Source of the DNA: Sminthopsis crassicaudata
Lineage: Eukaryota
Length of the DNA: 64,000 bases
NCBI RefSeq assembly: GCF_048593235.1
Contig: NC_133618.1
Coordinates: 25,336,468 to 25,400,467 of the forward strand
Direction: 5' to 3'
Positions within the stretch are counted from its first letter, which is position 1. Each line of letters starts with the position of its first letter. The position numbers and the translations under genes were made by a program. A model generated the notes under the pieces. That model searched no databases. It worked only from the letters and a program-made list of their open reading frames with translations, and was not told where the DNA came from. Of the stretch, positions 50,220 through 63,369 are shown piece after piece.

Positions 50220-53200
50220 GTAAGTATGAGCTCTTGAAAACCAATGGGTACAACGCCAGCCCTGCCCTATTCCCTATATGTGTTAAGGCAAACACACCTG
50301 GAAAGTGGCCATTCCTCCCTCCCGTGCCCTCCTCCTCTGGCTCTTGCTTGTGTCAAACAGAGTTAAATTTCCTGGATCCCTGCCCCTTGTTTCTTATTGC
50401 TTGTTTGGCAATCCAGAAAATACCTTCACTTCACTGGTCCAGATAATCCCATTCTTCTCCATGGGTGATGGGAAGTCTCCCGTAAGTGCTATTGTCTTGA
50501 GGTAATTCTAAGTTTTAGCCCAGAGTGCCTACTATATACCACCGCCCAGTTGGACACCCAACCCCGCCCCCCTCCCCCCCAGTGTGTGCTGTTCTTAGAC
50601 TAAGGGCAATGGAGGCTACACAGTGAGACCGTCCCACTTAAAGCTCTGCCAAACCCCTCCCCATCTGCTGCTCTCTCCGGGTGATACTGATGCCCTTCAC
50701 CCAAACTACCTCCCCTCCTCCTCTGTACTACAGAGTCATGGGGTCAAGGGGAAGATCTTGGAAATAAATGATCTTCTAGTTCAACCTTTCAGCCAAGGCA
50801 GGAATCCCTCCACAACAGCCCTAAGAGGTGCTCATTCAGTTCATGGGTGACCATTTCCAGTAACAGAGAGCTTGTTAACGAGAATGAGCATTCATTAAGC
50901 ACTTACTGTATGCAGGGCTCATTCTCTTTTATGGACAGCTTTGTGAGAAAGCTTTTCTTAAATGGAGTCACCATCCGCCTCCCTGAAACGTCCTCCCACC
51001 CATCCCACCCATTTACCCTTTGGAGCAAGTCTATGACCTTCAAACATACATCTACAGTCAGCATATCCTTGGGTATTTTCTTCCAAAATCAATACCTCTA
51101 GTTTTCTCTGTATTTTATGGGTGCTAGAACCTTCTTCAAGGATATTCTTTGAGGTCCCTCTGATGATGTGACACCCAGAGCAGTGAAGTGCAAAGGGTAA
51201 CAGCTCAAGTTCTGTGGGAAGCCTTTCCCAACCCCCCCCCCAACAGCTGGTAGTTAGCGTCTTTATACTTTAACCCCTTTATTCTGTAAGCACTCACAGC
51301 TGTTCCCATTGGTTTGCCATGTAGAATGTCAATTTCCTTCCAAGCAGGGATTATTTCATTTATCATATTTGTACCCTCAGTGCCTAGTGCAGAGTCTGAC
51401 ACATATTAAAAAAAAAACACAAAAAAAACCAAAAAAAAACCATGTTGAACCATTCTACCCATGACACTAGCTGTGTAACTACAAATAAGTCCCTTCAATT
51501 CTCACTTAAGCCTCAGTTTTCTCATCCATAAAATGGGGATAAGATTACCTACAATACTTACTTCACAGCTTGGAATAATCTGTAAAAATGTATGTTCCCC
51601 TTATACATACAAATGCCCCATACTATCCTTACTATTGTCATTATTGACATCTGGGAGAAGGCAGTCAGGTCACACAGATGCTGGTTTATAAGGAGCTTGC
51701 CGTCTCCTCCCTATAACACCCATTGTTTTTTTTTTTTTCTCTTTGCATCTAAACTACTGTCTCCCCAATCTCACAGGAGCCTCCTTCTGCAAATGGTTCT
51801 TCCCTCATTCCCCACCACGACGGCCCCCAAGCTTCTCCCTTCCCTTGCAAGGTTACCCGGTATGCACGTTTCTGTGTCTATGTCCTCGTGCTGCCTTCCC
51901 CCAAGATTTGTCCTTTTGTCTTTGTATGTCCATCAATTGAGCACGCTGCTGGTCACAAAACGAGGGCTCGTAAATGCCGCTCCTTGACGGATTCCTCTCT
52001 CAGTCTGTCTTAGATAACCATGCAATTTTTTAAACCCTACATCAGGACGAACCGTTCTATTTCATCTTGAGATTCGGCCCATCATTCTGGCCTGTCATGG
52101 AAGGGCGTTTTAAATCATGGTTTGTCATCCGGCGCATAAGAAATCATCTCCCAGCTTCGTGCCGCGGTGTGCAGAGAGAACGCTGAATTTGACAGCAGCA
52201 GACAGATTCAAATAATGATACCCTGGGAGTCTTGGGACATTTTACTAGTCTTTTAGTGTCACATCAGTTTCTCCCTATGTAAAATGAGGATATATGAAAC
52301 TCCTCAGCTGGATAGGACAGAGATAGAATTCTGGGTCTCAAATAAGGAAGGCCCAGAATCAAATCACACTGACTCAGCTGTCTGCCTCAGTTTCCTCAGC
52401 TGCACACCAGAAATAATAGCACCTCACTCCCAGGTCTGTTGTGAGCAGCCAATGAGACCTTATGTATAATACCTTATATATATATAATATCTATATACCT
52501 TATGTATATACCTCCCAACTTTATGTATAAATCGCCCCTGCACAAGTAAGTAGGACTTCATGTTGTTCCCTTCTCTCCATCTCTACCTCCCCTTTCCTTC
52601 ACAAATTTGATAAACATGAAGTCTGCTTTCATAACCAGAGAAGGAAAGATTCATTGAACAATGTCGAGCGCCAAATTTTGGCAAAATCCCGCTCCTGCTA
52701 CTTCCCCTCCCCACCATGTCCCCTTAGACAAGGCACTTGGTCATCTTGGGTCTGTTTCCTCAGACAGACAGGCCACTAAGCTCTGTTTGTGAGCTACAAC
52801 TGTGATTCTGGGGCCATCAGGGGAGGGATCTTGGACGGGGGAGACAGAGAGTCCAGAGGCGGGATGCCGACAGAGAAGGGAGTCCCTTTTTTAAATTCTC
52901 ACTGGCTGTTAAAATGGGTACAGCTTCCCCGTTGTACCTGGGAGGGGTCCCAAGCAAACAGCAGCCTGGACTTGGGGAGGGTGGAGATGAGAGAGTTCGT
53001 GAAGGGGAAGCCGGGACTGGAAGACCAGAGATTGCAAGGTGTTCTGGGAATATGCACTAACACGGTGCACACTGGGGCCGTCCTGCCTCTTTAACAGCAT
53101 CCTCAGTCCCTTCCCCCAAGCTCCACAGGGCCCTCTTTAACGTTCCCCAAACCCCGCCTCGGAAAACATTGGTCTCACTGTCCACTCGTCACCCCCTGTG

Positions 53201-55489
53201 GGAAAACCCAGGGGTCTTCTCAATGGGAGCTTTGTAGAGCGGGGTTAACTCTGGCCTCCCAGAGGCGGCTGTGGGGGAAGGAAGGGATGGAAGAGAGGGC
53301 TCTGCCCAAAGGTTAAGCGGAGACCATCTGTGTGGGTACCAGTCACAGCAGGCCCCTTCGCTGCTACCATCACCATCCCCACCAGCATCCCCCAGCACTC
53401 ACACACACCGTCTTTACACCATGAAAACACTGAGACATTGATGGGCGAGACGGCCAGGTCCCAGCTGCAGGGGGACCAAGCGAAGGCAGTGTCAAGAAGC
53501 AAGGCTGGAGGCTAGAAGGGAAAGGGCGATCCTGGGGAGGATGTCTCCCGTGTCCCTGGGCCAGGGCCGTGGCCTCGTCTCCCCCAACCTCCCACTCCCT
53601 ACATAGAAAAAAACAAGTCTTTCATTCATTTGTCAAGTTTTCAAGTTTCAAATGTTTCCTCTGCTGTGGGCCATTGCTAGTGCTAGGGATGTACTGGGGC
53701 TCCTGCCTTAAATAATGTAGATTGTATTGAAGTTTTCCCTCCTAAGACTGGGAGGAGAAAATTGTTTTTGAAAAAGGAGCCTTCAAGGGAAAAAAAGGCA
53801 TTGCCTCAGTTTCCCCATATATGAAGGATTCCTAAGAGATTTTCCCAAACTCAAAGGGGCAGAAACTCTAATAATGGGCTTACAGGAACCACGGGAGGGC
53901 AATGTGTTTGGGACAAGGAGAACCCTGCTCCACTCCCCATCAGGCCATAGCTGAGACACAATCGCAACCTTCAGGGAGACAGATTTTGAGTTAGCTAGGG
54001 TACAAAATGTTCAGAAAGTCCGCCTCCCAGCCGGGAATCCATGGAAATTCATCTCTGAACTGCACTGCCTCACCTATAAAATGGGACAATGACCTCTCAG
54101 AGCTTTTTGAGGATCTGACTGGAGTGTTCCAGAAAGCGAGTTAACACAGAAGAAAGGGCAGTGTGAAGGAATGAGCTCTGGGGGGAAGCCAGAAGCCCAG
54201 AATCAAGCTGGGGGCCCTCAGGATCGCCTGTAAAATGGGGTACTCCCACAAGCTGACTCCCAGGTGGACTGGAAGAAGGGTGTGTGGAAGGATCTCCCTT
54301 CACCCTCCAGCTGTCCCCGAAGTAGCGGGACAGAAGGGGTTTGGGAATTTTTCACACGAGCCTTTTAAGTCCCAAGGACACCGAGTCCCTGAGCACAAGG
54401 ACATGTAAAGGAGGAGGGATGTGGTGTGTGAGAGGAAGGGGAATAAAGAGGGAACAAGAGGAAAGGGAGGGGTATTTCTGGGAGGACGGATAGGTTGCCT
54501 AGAAATGAGGTTCTAGAGAGCAAGTGAGAGTGGAAAGTTTGCTAAAGCAGAAGGGAGGGCCTCAGGAGAAGGGTCCGTCACCAAGGAAAGGGACCCCCCC
54601 TCTCAAGTGAGAGTGTGGACCTCTACCATCCTGACCTGCTCTAGATCCTGAGAGATTATGAACCTGAGTCCTAAAACCAAAGGTTCGGGATTCTCTCATT
54701 GTCTCCTGCCCTCCCATTGTCTCGTGTCCAGGTCTGATGGGACACTGACCTTGCTCCCCCAGCTCTTGCCATGGCTTGAGATCTAATCTTGACCATGACC
54801 TGACCTCAAGCTCTGGCTCAAGACAGACTCCATCCTTTGCTACAGACTGAGCCCTAAGCTCTGAGTGCCCAAGAAATGCCAGGGTGCCGGACCTTGCAGA
54901 TTACTTATACATGGCACGTGGCTCATAGCAGACGTGCCGGGAAGGAGAACTGGGACAAGCAGACTCCTGGGAAAAGCCTTGTGAGAAGCCTCCAGGCCCA
55001 TCCCCACATAGTCCAAGCTGCTAAAGACACTTCTGGGAGGGGAAGAACATGAGCCAGATGGGAACATCCATCTGGGCTCAGAACACCGAGCATCTCTTCT
55101 CCCCTCTGACTTTGGAGAGCTGGGAAGAGCCTTGGAGAACGAACTGATCCCTCTGGCTGCCGCAGTCGAGTCGCAGGCAGGAGAAAGAAGAATCAGATCA
55201 CAGGATCTGGGGCTGGAAGGAATCCTAGTCCAAGTAGCCCTTCTCACTCATTTCACAAAGAACTAGTGACTCACCTAAAGTCACCAAGGCAGACAAGTGC
55301 CAGGCTCCCAAGCTGGATTCTCTGGGCCTGCCCTCCAGCAGTCACTGGATTCGGACTTCGGACTTCTTGTTCTTGTAGATGCCCTCGATCCATTCAGGCT
55401 GATCAGCTATAGAATCCCCAAATCTTAGGGACCAGACCTTACAACCCTTATTTGGGCAGGTAAGTGATCCCATGGTACACAGTCTAGGG

Positions 55490-55760
55490 GCAGGAAAGCT
55501 CCTCTCCCTGAGTTCAAATCCAGCTTCAGACATTTCCTAACTGAGTGTCCCTGTTTACCTCAGTTTCCCCATCCGTATGATAAAGTGGCTCCTCTCCCTG
55601 AGATCAAATCCAGCTTCAGACATTTCCTAGCTATGTGTCCCTGTTTGCCTCAGTTTCCCCATCTGTAAGATGAAGTGGAGAAAAGAATAACAGACTCTTC
55701 CAGTACCTTGGCCAAGAAAAGCCTAACTGGGGTCACAAAGAATCAGACACAACTGAAAAA
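55490..55760 (+). mobile_element. MAR1-type SINE with ~90-bp internal tandem duplication
   Basis: ctctccctgag(t/a)tcaaatccagcttcagacatttccta at 55502 and 55592; tail ttggccaagaaaag...gacacaactgaa. Confidence 0.8.
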
Positions 55761-56519
55761 CTATTGAGGCAATTACACCCCCACCCTAATAGATAGATCC
55801 CCCTAAAATGGGATATATATATATATATATAAAATAGCTGAAGCACTTAGCTCGCAAGAATGCCATCAGAATCAAAGGAGATAATGTATAATATGAAATA
55901 TAATTAAAACAGATATTATAGGAATATATTATAAACCAGAAAAGCCATTAAAATGTTAGTTATTAAGATTGGGATGAATTCTTCCTTCTGGAATTACGCA
56001 GAACAAGATAAAATCCCAAGAGTGGGGTTTTCCCAGAACAATTGTGTAGCATCACCTGGGTAAATAACAATGTGTTGAAAGGGAATACAGCCCTAGATGG
56101 CAGGATTTCCAGGAAAATGAAAGTGAGGAGGGGAATAAAGAGATGATGATCCCCCTAGAACTGCACCCAGACCACACAAGCAAGAGATCTGTGTTCAGAT
56201 CCAGAAATTAAAGCAATTGGGAGGGTTTGCGGAGGGCCACTGGGCTGATGAAAGGTCTTCTGTCTCTTCCAAATAAGAAGGAACTGGAGAAAGTTAGCTA
56301 GTTAGCCTGGAGCTGAGAAGACTTCAGGGGACAGGATAAAGGCTGTCTTACTGAAAAAGCAATGGATTTGTTCTGGGCATCCCCAGAAGATACCCATAAG
56401 AGTTAGGAGGGATGGATGGTGTCTCTGTCTAATTGACTCCCACACTCCAAGTCATCCCACAAAGCAAGAAACAAGGAACAAATCAATATGTTTAAAAGCT
56501 TTTTTAAAACTTATGATCC

Positions 56520-56958
56520 AACTCTGATGGACGTGACTCTCTTCAACAATGAGATGATCCAAACTAGTTCCAATTGTTCAGTAATGAAGAGAATCAGCTA
56601 CACCCAGAGAGAGAACTGTGGGAAATGAGTGTGGACAACAATATAGCATTTCCCTTCTTTTTGTTATTTGCCTGCATTTTCGTTTTCCTTCTCAGATTTT
56701 TTTTTACTTTCTTTCTAGATCCAGTTTTTCTTGTGCAGCAAGATAACTGTATAAATATGTATACATATATTGGATTTAACATATACTTTAACATATTTAA
56801 CATGTATTGGACTTCCTGCCATCTTGGGGAGGGGGTGGGGGGAAGAAGAGGAAAAATTGGAACAGAAAGTTTTGCAAGAGTCAGTATTAAAAAAATTAGC
56901 CATGCAAAAGTTTTGAAAATAAAAAGCTATAATTTAAAAATAATAATAATAAATAAAT
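56520..56958 (+). mobile_element. L1 3' UTR, 5' truncated
   Basis: TSD aaaactta(t/a)gatcc at 56506-56519 and 56959-56972. Confidence 0.9.
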
Positions 56959-57081
56959 AAAACTTAAGATCCTCTTGGGGATGGAGACTGGACCTGGGAT
57001 TTCATTGATGTAGGAAACTCCCAGGGGAGGAAAGTCTCTTCCATTCAAGTAAGTCCTCTGAGCTTAAGGGACCTGCTCATG

Positions 57082-58329
57082 CCAAAGAAGAACTAGAAAT
57101 CATTATTGATCACAAAATAGAAAATTTTGATTATATCAAATTGAAAAGTTTTTGTACAAACAAAACTAATGCAAACAACATTAGAAGGGAAGCAATAAAC
57201 TGGGAAAATATTTTTACAATCAAAGATTCTGATAAAGGCCTCATTTCCAAAATATATGGATAATTGACCCTAATTTATAGGAAATCAAGCCATTCTCCAA
57301 ATGATAAATAGTCAAAGGATATGAACAGACAATTTTCAGATGAAGAAATTGAAACTATTTCTAGTCATATGAAAAGGTGCTCCAAGTCACTATTGATCAG
57401 AGAAATGCAAATTAAGACAACTCTGAGGTACCACTTCACACCTCTCACATTGGCTAAGATGAAGGGAAAGATAATGCAGAATGTTGGAGGGGATGTGGGA
57501 AAACAGGGACACTGATACATTATTGGTGGAGTTGTGAATACATTTAGTCATTCTGGAGAGCAATTTGGAACTATGCTCAAAAAGTTATCAGACTTTGACC
57601 TAGCAGTATTACTACTGGGCTTATATCCCAAAGAGATTTTAAAGAAGGGAAAGGGACCCATATATGCAAGAATGTTTGTAGCAGCCCTCTTTGTAGTGGC
57701 CAGAAACTGGAAACTGAGTGAATGCCCATCAATTGGAGATTGGCTGAATAAACCAGTATATGAATGTTATGGAATATTATTGTTCTGTAAGAAATGACCA
57801 GCAGGATGATTTCAGAAAAGCCTGGAGAGATTTGCATGAACTGATGCTGAGTGAAATGAGCAGGACCAGGAGATCATTATATACTTCAATAACAATACTG
57901 TATGATGATCAATTCTGATAGACGTGGCCCTCTCCAACAATGAGATGAATCAAATCAGTTCCAATAGAGCAGTAATGAACTGAACTACCTACACCCAGTG
58001 AAAGAACTCTGGGAGATGACTATGAACCACTACATAGAATTCCCAATCCCTCTATTTTTGTCCACCTGCATTTTGGATTTCCTTCACAGGCTAATTGTAC
58101 ACTATTTCAAAGTCTGATTTTTTTTTTGTACAGCAAAATAACTGTTTGGATATGTATGCATATATTGTATTTAACTTATACTTTAATATATTTAACATGT
58201 ATTGGCCAACCTGCCATCTAGGGGAGGGAGGGAAGGAGGGGAAAGTTGGGACAAAAGGTTTTTCAATTGTCAATGCTGAAAAATTACCCATGCATATATC
58301 TGGTAAATAAAAAGCTATAATAAAAAAAA
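57082..58329 (+). mobile_element. L1 ORF2 C-terminus plus 3' UTR (1.25 kb) inserted into a MIR
   Basis: MNRQFSDEEIETISSHMKRCSKSLLIREMQIKTTLRYH; TSD aag(g/t)gacctgctcatg at 57066-57081 and 58330-58345. Confidence 0.93.
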
Positions 58330-58462
58330 AAGTGACCTGCTCATGGTTGCCCAGTCCCAGGAGTGCTAGGCAAGTCTGGAACTCAGGTCTTCCAGGCACC
58401 AGATCCCTGACAGATTAATTGTGACAGGTGGCTTATTATTGACATGTGCAAACATTTCTTCC

Positions 58463-58626
58463 TGATGCAATTGGGGGGCAGCTGCCCAGCCACACCTGTC
58501 ATCCCTTGTGAAGATGCCGCCGGAGGAGGGCAGAGCCCAGTGGGCAAAGCCAACTCCCTCATCCTGGAAGTAAGCAACCTGATGTCTCATTACATTTTTG
58601 GCCGTCACGTCACACTGCTGACTCAT
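58463..58626. promoter_or_regulatory. Stress-response enhancer-like motif cluster
   Basis: TGATGCAAT (58463), TGACGTGA on minus (58605-58612), ATGAGTCAGCA on minus (58616-58626) in non-repeat DNA. Confidence 0.4.
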
Positions 58627-59196
58627 CTGCAGCAGCCAGGCCGGGAGAAGGCTCTCGTCAGGGAAAACAATCCCTTGGCTCCCTTGGTGTCCCAGCAGCC
58701 GATACTCCTTTATTCAGCTGCCCAGGCCAGATGTCAGGCCCTCCCCCTCCCCACCGTGGTCAGTCTCCAGATGAGAACGGGGCCAATCATGGGATGATGG
58801 AGACAGAAAGGAGTAAGACATTGTTTAATCCCAGAAACAAATAAACAGGATACGTCAAGGACAAACAATAAACGGCAGGTGGAAGGCTTAAGAGTCAGCC
58901 AGGACTCGGTGACAATGGCCTCCTGGCTGCTTCCACTGCAGGCACTTCCCTTGGCTACCCCTCCAGGCTGGGGGGATCTCCATCTCAGTTTCCTTTAAGT
59001 CTCAGCGGAAGTCCAGCCTTCCACAAGAGCCCTTTCCCTCTCTTTGCCTGACATCCTTCCATGGGGAGCCAGATAGGGAGGAACACATCCTTGCCCCGGT
59101 ACATCTGGAGGGGATTTTAAGAGATCAGCCTTGACAAGGCATTCTAAAACATGACTCATTATCACCATCTAGCCCCACCCACCTCTGGTTTTTCAG

Positions 59197-59287
59197 GTGG
59201 GGATCATGAGGCCCCGGATCCTGAGAAGGAAGAATGGCTGAGCCTGGAGCCCAGAGCTGCCCACTCTCAGGCCCAAGCCGGGTTCAG
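59197..59287 (+). other. Candidate 91-nt exon, possibly containing a start (MAEPGAQSCPLSGPSRVQ from 59234)
   Basis: Acceptor ctctggtttttcag, donor CAG|gtaggt; alternative frame GDHEAPDPEKEEWLSLEPRAAHSQAQAGF also open. Confidence 0.35.
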
Positions 59288-59534
59288 GTAGGTAGACTTT
59301 GTCTCCCCCCAAATCTCCCTCTCATCAAGATGAGAAACTCCTTAAGAGCAGAGGCAGTGGACTCTCCTAGTGTTTCCCCAATAGCAACAGGCCTTCCCCA
59401 GAGAAGGCTCTCAATACATCAATATGGATCAATCTAGCTTGTAACCCATAATGAGACTTAGATCCCACTAAGTCCTTTCCTTTCAGTCTTATCTGACTTT
59501 TCACAATCCCATTTAGGGTTTTCTTGGCAGAGAC

Positions 59535-59790
59535 TCTCCTGTCTATACTATATTATATATGTATATATACTATATTAGATATACATATTATGTATATGTA
59601 TAATATGTAATCTGTATCTCTAATATACATATATTATGTATGTGTAATATATATCATATATGTGTGAATGTATTTACACATGTGTGTATGTATACATACA
59701 TGTGTGTATATTATATGAGTATGTGTGTGTATATACATATATATATTTATTTATTTATATATATATATAAATCTAAAACACTATATGCCC
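59535..59790. repeat. (TA)/(TG)-rich microsatellite within a reverse MAR1-type SINE
   Basis: tatatgtatatatac units; SINE pieces at ~59495-59535 and ~59810-59870. Confidence 0.8.
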
Positions 59791-61339
59791 ATTCTAGTGA
59801 GTGTGACACAAAGCTAGTAAGTGTCTGAGGCTGGATTTGACTGACTCTGGGCTGGTGAGCTATCTTTTCACGGGGAAGGATATGTTATTGTTTAACCCCT
59901 TTATTTTAAAATCAGTTAATAGATCAGCAATCATTTATTAAGCCTTAGTAAGTTCCAGGCACTGCCAGAGATATATAGACAGAAAAGAAAGAAGCCTGCC
60001 CTCAAGGGGGTGACATTCTATTTGGGGGGAGCAAAATATAAACTGAGGAGCTAAATAAATGCAGAGTCATTTCAGGAGGAGAAGAGGGCCTGGGGGAATC
60101 CAGATCCTGGTAGAAGGTACCATTTTGAGCCTAGTCTTATAGGGGGTGACAAAATCCTGGGGAAGCTGGATCCCCAAGAGAACAGGATACTTAGCTCCAG
60201 TCAGAAGGATTGCAACCGTCTCCTAATTGGACTACGGGGCTCTCTCCCCTCTCCGGAGCATCCATCCTACAGCCAAAGCAATCTCTCTAAAGTACAAGAT
60301 TGACTCTAGAAATGTCTCTAGGATACAATACAGATTCCTCAGTTAGGCATATAAAATCACTCAAAATATGTCTCTAATCTTCTTTTCTGGACTTGTTGTA
60401 CATTCATACATTCACTCAAAAAAAAAAAAAAAAACCCACATCACAAGTGCTTACTATGGTCAGGCACGCCAAGGCTAGGAATACAAAAAGAAGTAAAGGC
60501 AATTCCTACCTCCAAAGAGCTTACAATCTATCCCTTTATTCTTTGTCCCAGACGGGGATGTGTTGGTAAATGTTTAACAACAAGCCAGAGAGGAGAGTAC
60601 CATTGCCCCTTTTGGGTTCACACAAAATGATTAACATTTTCCTCCCTCTCTTTCTTAAACCTCAACAATCAATAAAACAATCCATCAAGCCCTGATCTGT
60701 AGCTTGCCCATTTCCAAATGCTCACAAGACAAATTTAGCCATTAGCTGGTTCCACACAGATTGGCTTCTCAATTATTCCCTAAAGTCAGTAGTCTGGCTT
60801 CCGTGCTTTTATATAAGCTGTGGACCCTGCTTGTATGGCCTCCTTTCCTCCTTCTGGCTTAGAGTCCCATGTTATGCTTTCTGACAAGCCTCTTCTAATT
60901 CTTTTGGTTTGATGGTTCTCCAAATGTTTGCCAGGCCACACGGGTGCACTTTCAGTTTTGTTACGAGGGACATAAAATTTTGGAGATTGGGTTATTCCTG
61001 TTAAAATAAAATTTATAAAATAATTTAGTTTATATAAATTTTTCCTCCCTATCCAATCTATGAAGCTGGGTAAGCACAGAATTCACAAAATAAACAAAAC
61101 TCATCTATTACACTATGACCTAACCTCAAAACATGTTAGACCTTGAATTCACCACAGACTCAACAAAAACAGCTTTTGTTGAAGAGAAACCACAATTGCA
61201 TCTCCCTTAGGGTTGCCAACTTTAATGTTCAGAGAGCTGTAATCTCCCATGGCAAAGAATACCATGCCATGAGCAATAAAAGTTCAAAAATCACTTCTCT
61301 GGTTACTGTTAGATCCTTACAATTTAAATTATCATAACA

Positions 61340-61775
61340 GTTCCTAATAATAGAGAGCATCGCTATGGTACCTTAAAGTTTGCAAAGGTCTTTACAAAAA
61401 TTATCTTATTTGATCCTCACAACAACCCTGAAGGAGTAGGTGCTTTTAATGTATCTATTTTACAGATGAGAAAACTGAGTCAAGAGAGGGATTAAGTGAC
61501 TTTCCAGGATCATACAGCTGGTACATGCTTGAGGAAGATTATGAACTCAGGTCTTCCCTACTGGAAGGTCTAGTACACTATCCACTGTGCTACTTATCAG
61601 CTAAATCATCTTTGGGAGGTAAGTATTGTTAGTATCCCCAATTTACAGATGTGAAAACTGAGTCAGACAATAGTTAAGTGACTTATCTTTATACAAAGCT
61701 CATAAGTATGAGACAGGATTTGAACTCAGATCTTCCTGACTCAAAAGTCTAATACTGTGTAATATATAGCTTCCA
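61340..61775 (-). mobile_element. Tandem MIR copies
   Basis: tttacagatgagaaaactgagtc at ~61460 and tttacagatgtgaaaactgagtc at ~61643. Confidence 0.75.
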
Positions 61776-61782
61776 AGTTTTT

Positions 61783-62170
61783 ATGTATATGTACTTAATA
61801 TATATTTTATCATATATATTTATATGCCATATATCTCATCACATGATATTTATACATCACATGTGTATAACATTTATCATATATTTTGCTATATACACGT
61901 ATATTTTGCACATCACATATGTATCACTCATTGTTTGCATGTATAGTATATCACATATCCCATATATTTATAGTATACCATCTATCACATGTGGGGATAA
62001 TATCAATCATCTATATTTCTTGTATACATATATTTTGCATATCATACATGTATCACATATCACATGCATAGCATACCTTATATCATGTGTGCATTACAGA
62101 TTTCATACACTTGCAGTGTTCTGTGATATTTGTATGTCACATATATGTTGTGTGTCATGTGCCATGCGTC
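61783..62170. repeat. TA/CAT-rich low-complexity tract
   Basis: atatcacat/atatat units. Confidence 0.85.
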
Positions 62171-62377
62171 ATATGGAATATGATCCTTCATTTAGTCGAT
62201 TGCCTTTATGGAGCTTTCACTGTGTGCCACGTACTGTGCTAAGTATCTGTTCTTCTCAATCTCATCTCTCCTTCCTCCAAGAGAAAAACAAAACCCTTAA
62301 AACAAATAAGTGTAGTCAAAAACCCCAATTTCCCATATTGGTGCATATGACATATTCCCTACATAATATGTTTGCAG

Positions 62378-62380
62378 TAT

Positions 62381-62412
<32 letters not shown>

Positions 62413-62640
62413 ACACACACACACATATATATACATATATATTAGGTATATTTATCATATATAATATTTAGTCTATCATTAGTATATACTATTTAGTATA
62501 TCATATATGTATCAGTATTCTTCTCATGTTTGTAGTATTGTATAGCATATATTTACATACTGTGTATCATGTCATATATACGTATAGTTTACCCTTGATA
62601 GACCACATATTTGTATATTATATGTATGTATCATATGTCA
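62378..62640. repeat. (CA)n followed by TA-rich tract
   Basis: acacacac run then tatatc units. Confidence 0.9.
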
Positions 62641-63369
62641 TGTATATTTCTAGTTTACCCTAGATAGAGTCGATATTTTCCCTGGAAGTACAAATTGTCT
62701 TTCTGTTTTGCTTGGTTTCTGTGTCCCTAGTACCTAGAACAGAGCCTTTAGAAGCGATTAGTTAATGTCCGTAGGTTTGTTTGGCTACAAAGCCACATTG
62801 CCTCATCTACATGAGGTAACAATCAAGGGTTCACTCAAAGGCAGAGGAACCTGACCTGGCTCACCTGTGGGAGGCAGTCCTGTGATCATGAGGTCAGTCA
62901 TGGGGCTCTAAGTCTAACGCACGGTGGGAATGACCCTGATCAAATGGATGAATCCCCAAGTCGACAAGGATGTGGTTCTTCGTGTGAAGAGCTTTTCCTG
63001 GGGAGGTGGACACGTGCTCCTGGCAGGGGTGACATAAGGTTGCTGCCCTGCCCTTTGCTAAGGAGGTAAAATGGAAGGACAAGAGAGGGAGGAAAGAAGT
63101 AAAAGCAGAGAGGAGGAGGAGGAGGAGGAAGAGGAGGAATGAGGTTTCAAGTGGGTAGTGGAAGGAATCCAAGACTTGGGAACCAGAGAGTTAGGTGCAA
63201 ACCCCAGCTGAGCTATTGGTTTGGACATCACTTAGAATTCATTTTCTGGACTTCAGTGGACTCCTCTGTAAAAATGATAGGAATAGATCAAGTCATGTTT
63301 TTCAGATTTTTCTGATATACACCCTTTCCTTGAATATAATTTTCTCCCTGGTCTTTATATTGAGGAGTA

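Noticed and set aside
55050-55080. Short hairpin tgagccagatgg-gaacat-ccatctgggctca
   Set aside because: A 12-bp stem is too short for a pre-miRNA and is within chance expectation
61783-62445. 220-aa Ile/Tyr/His-rich ORF
   Set aside because: Low-complexity TA/CAT tract plus repeat fragments
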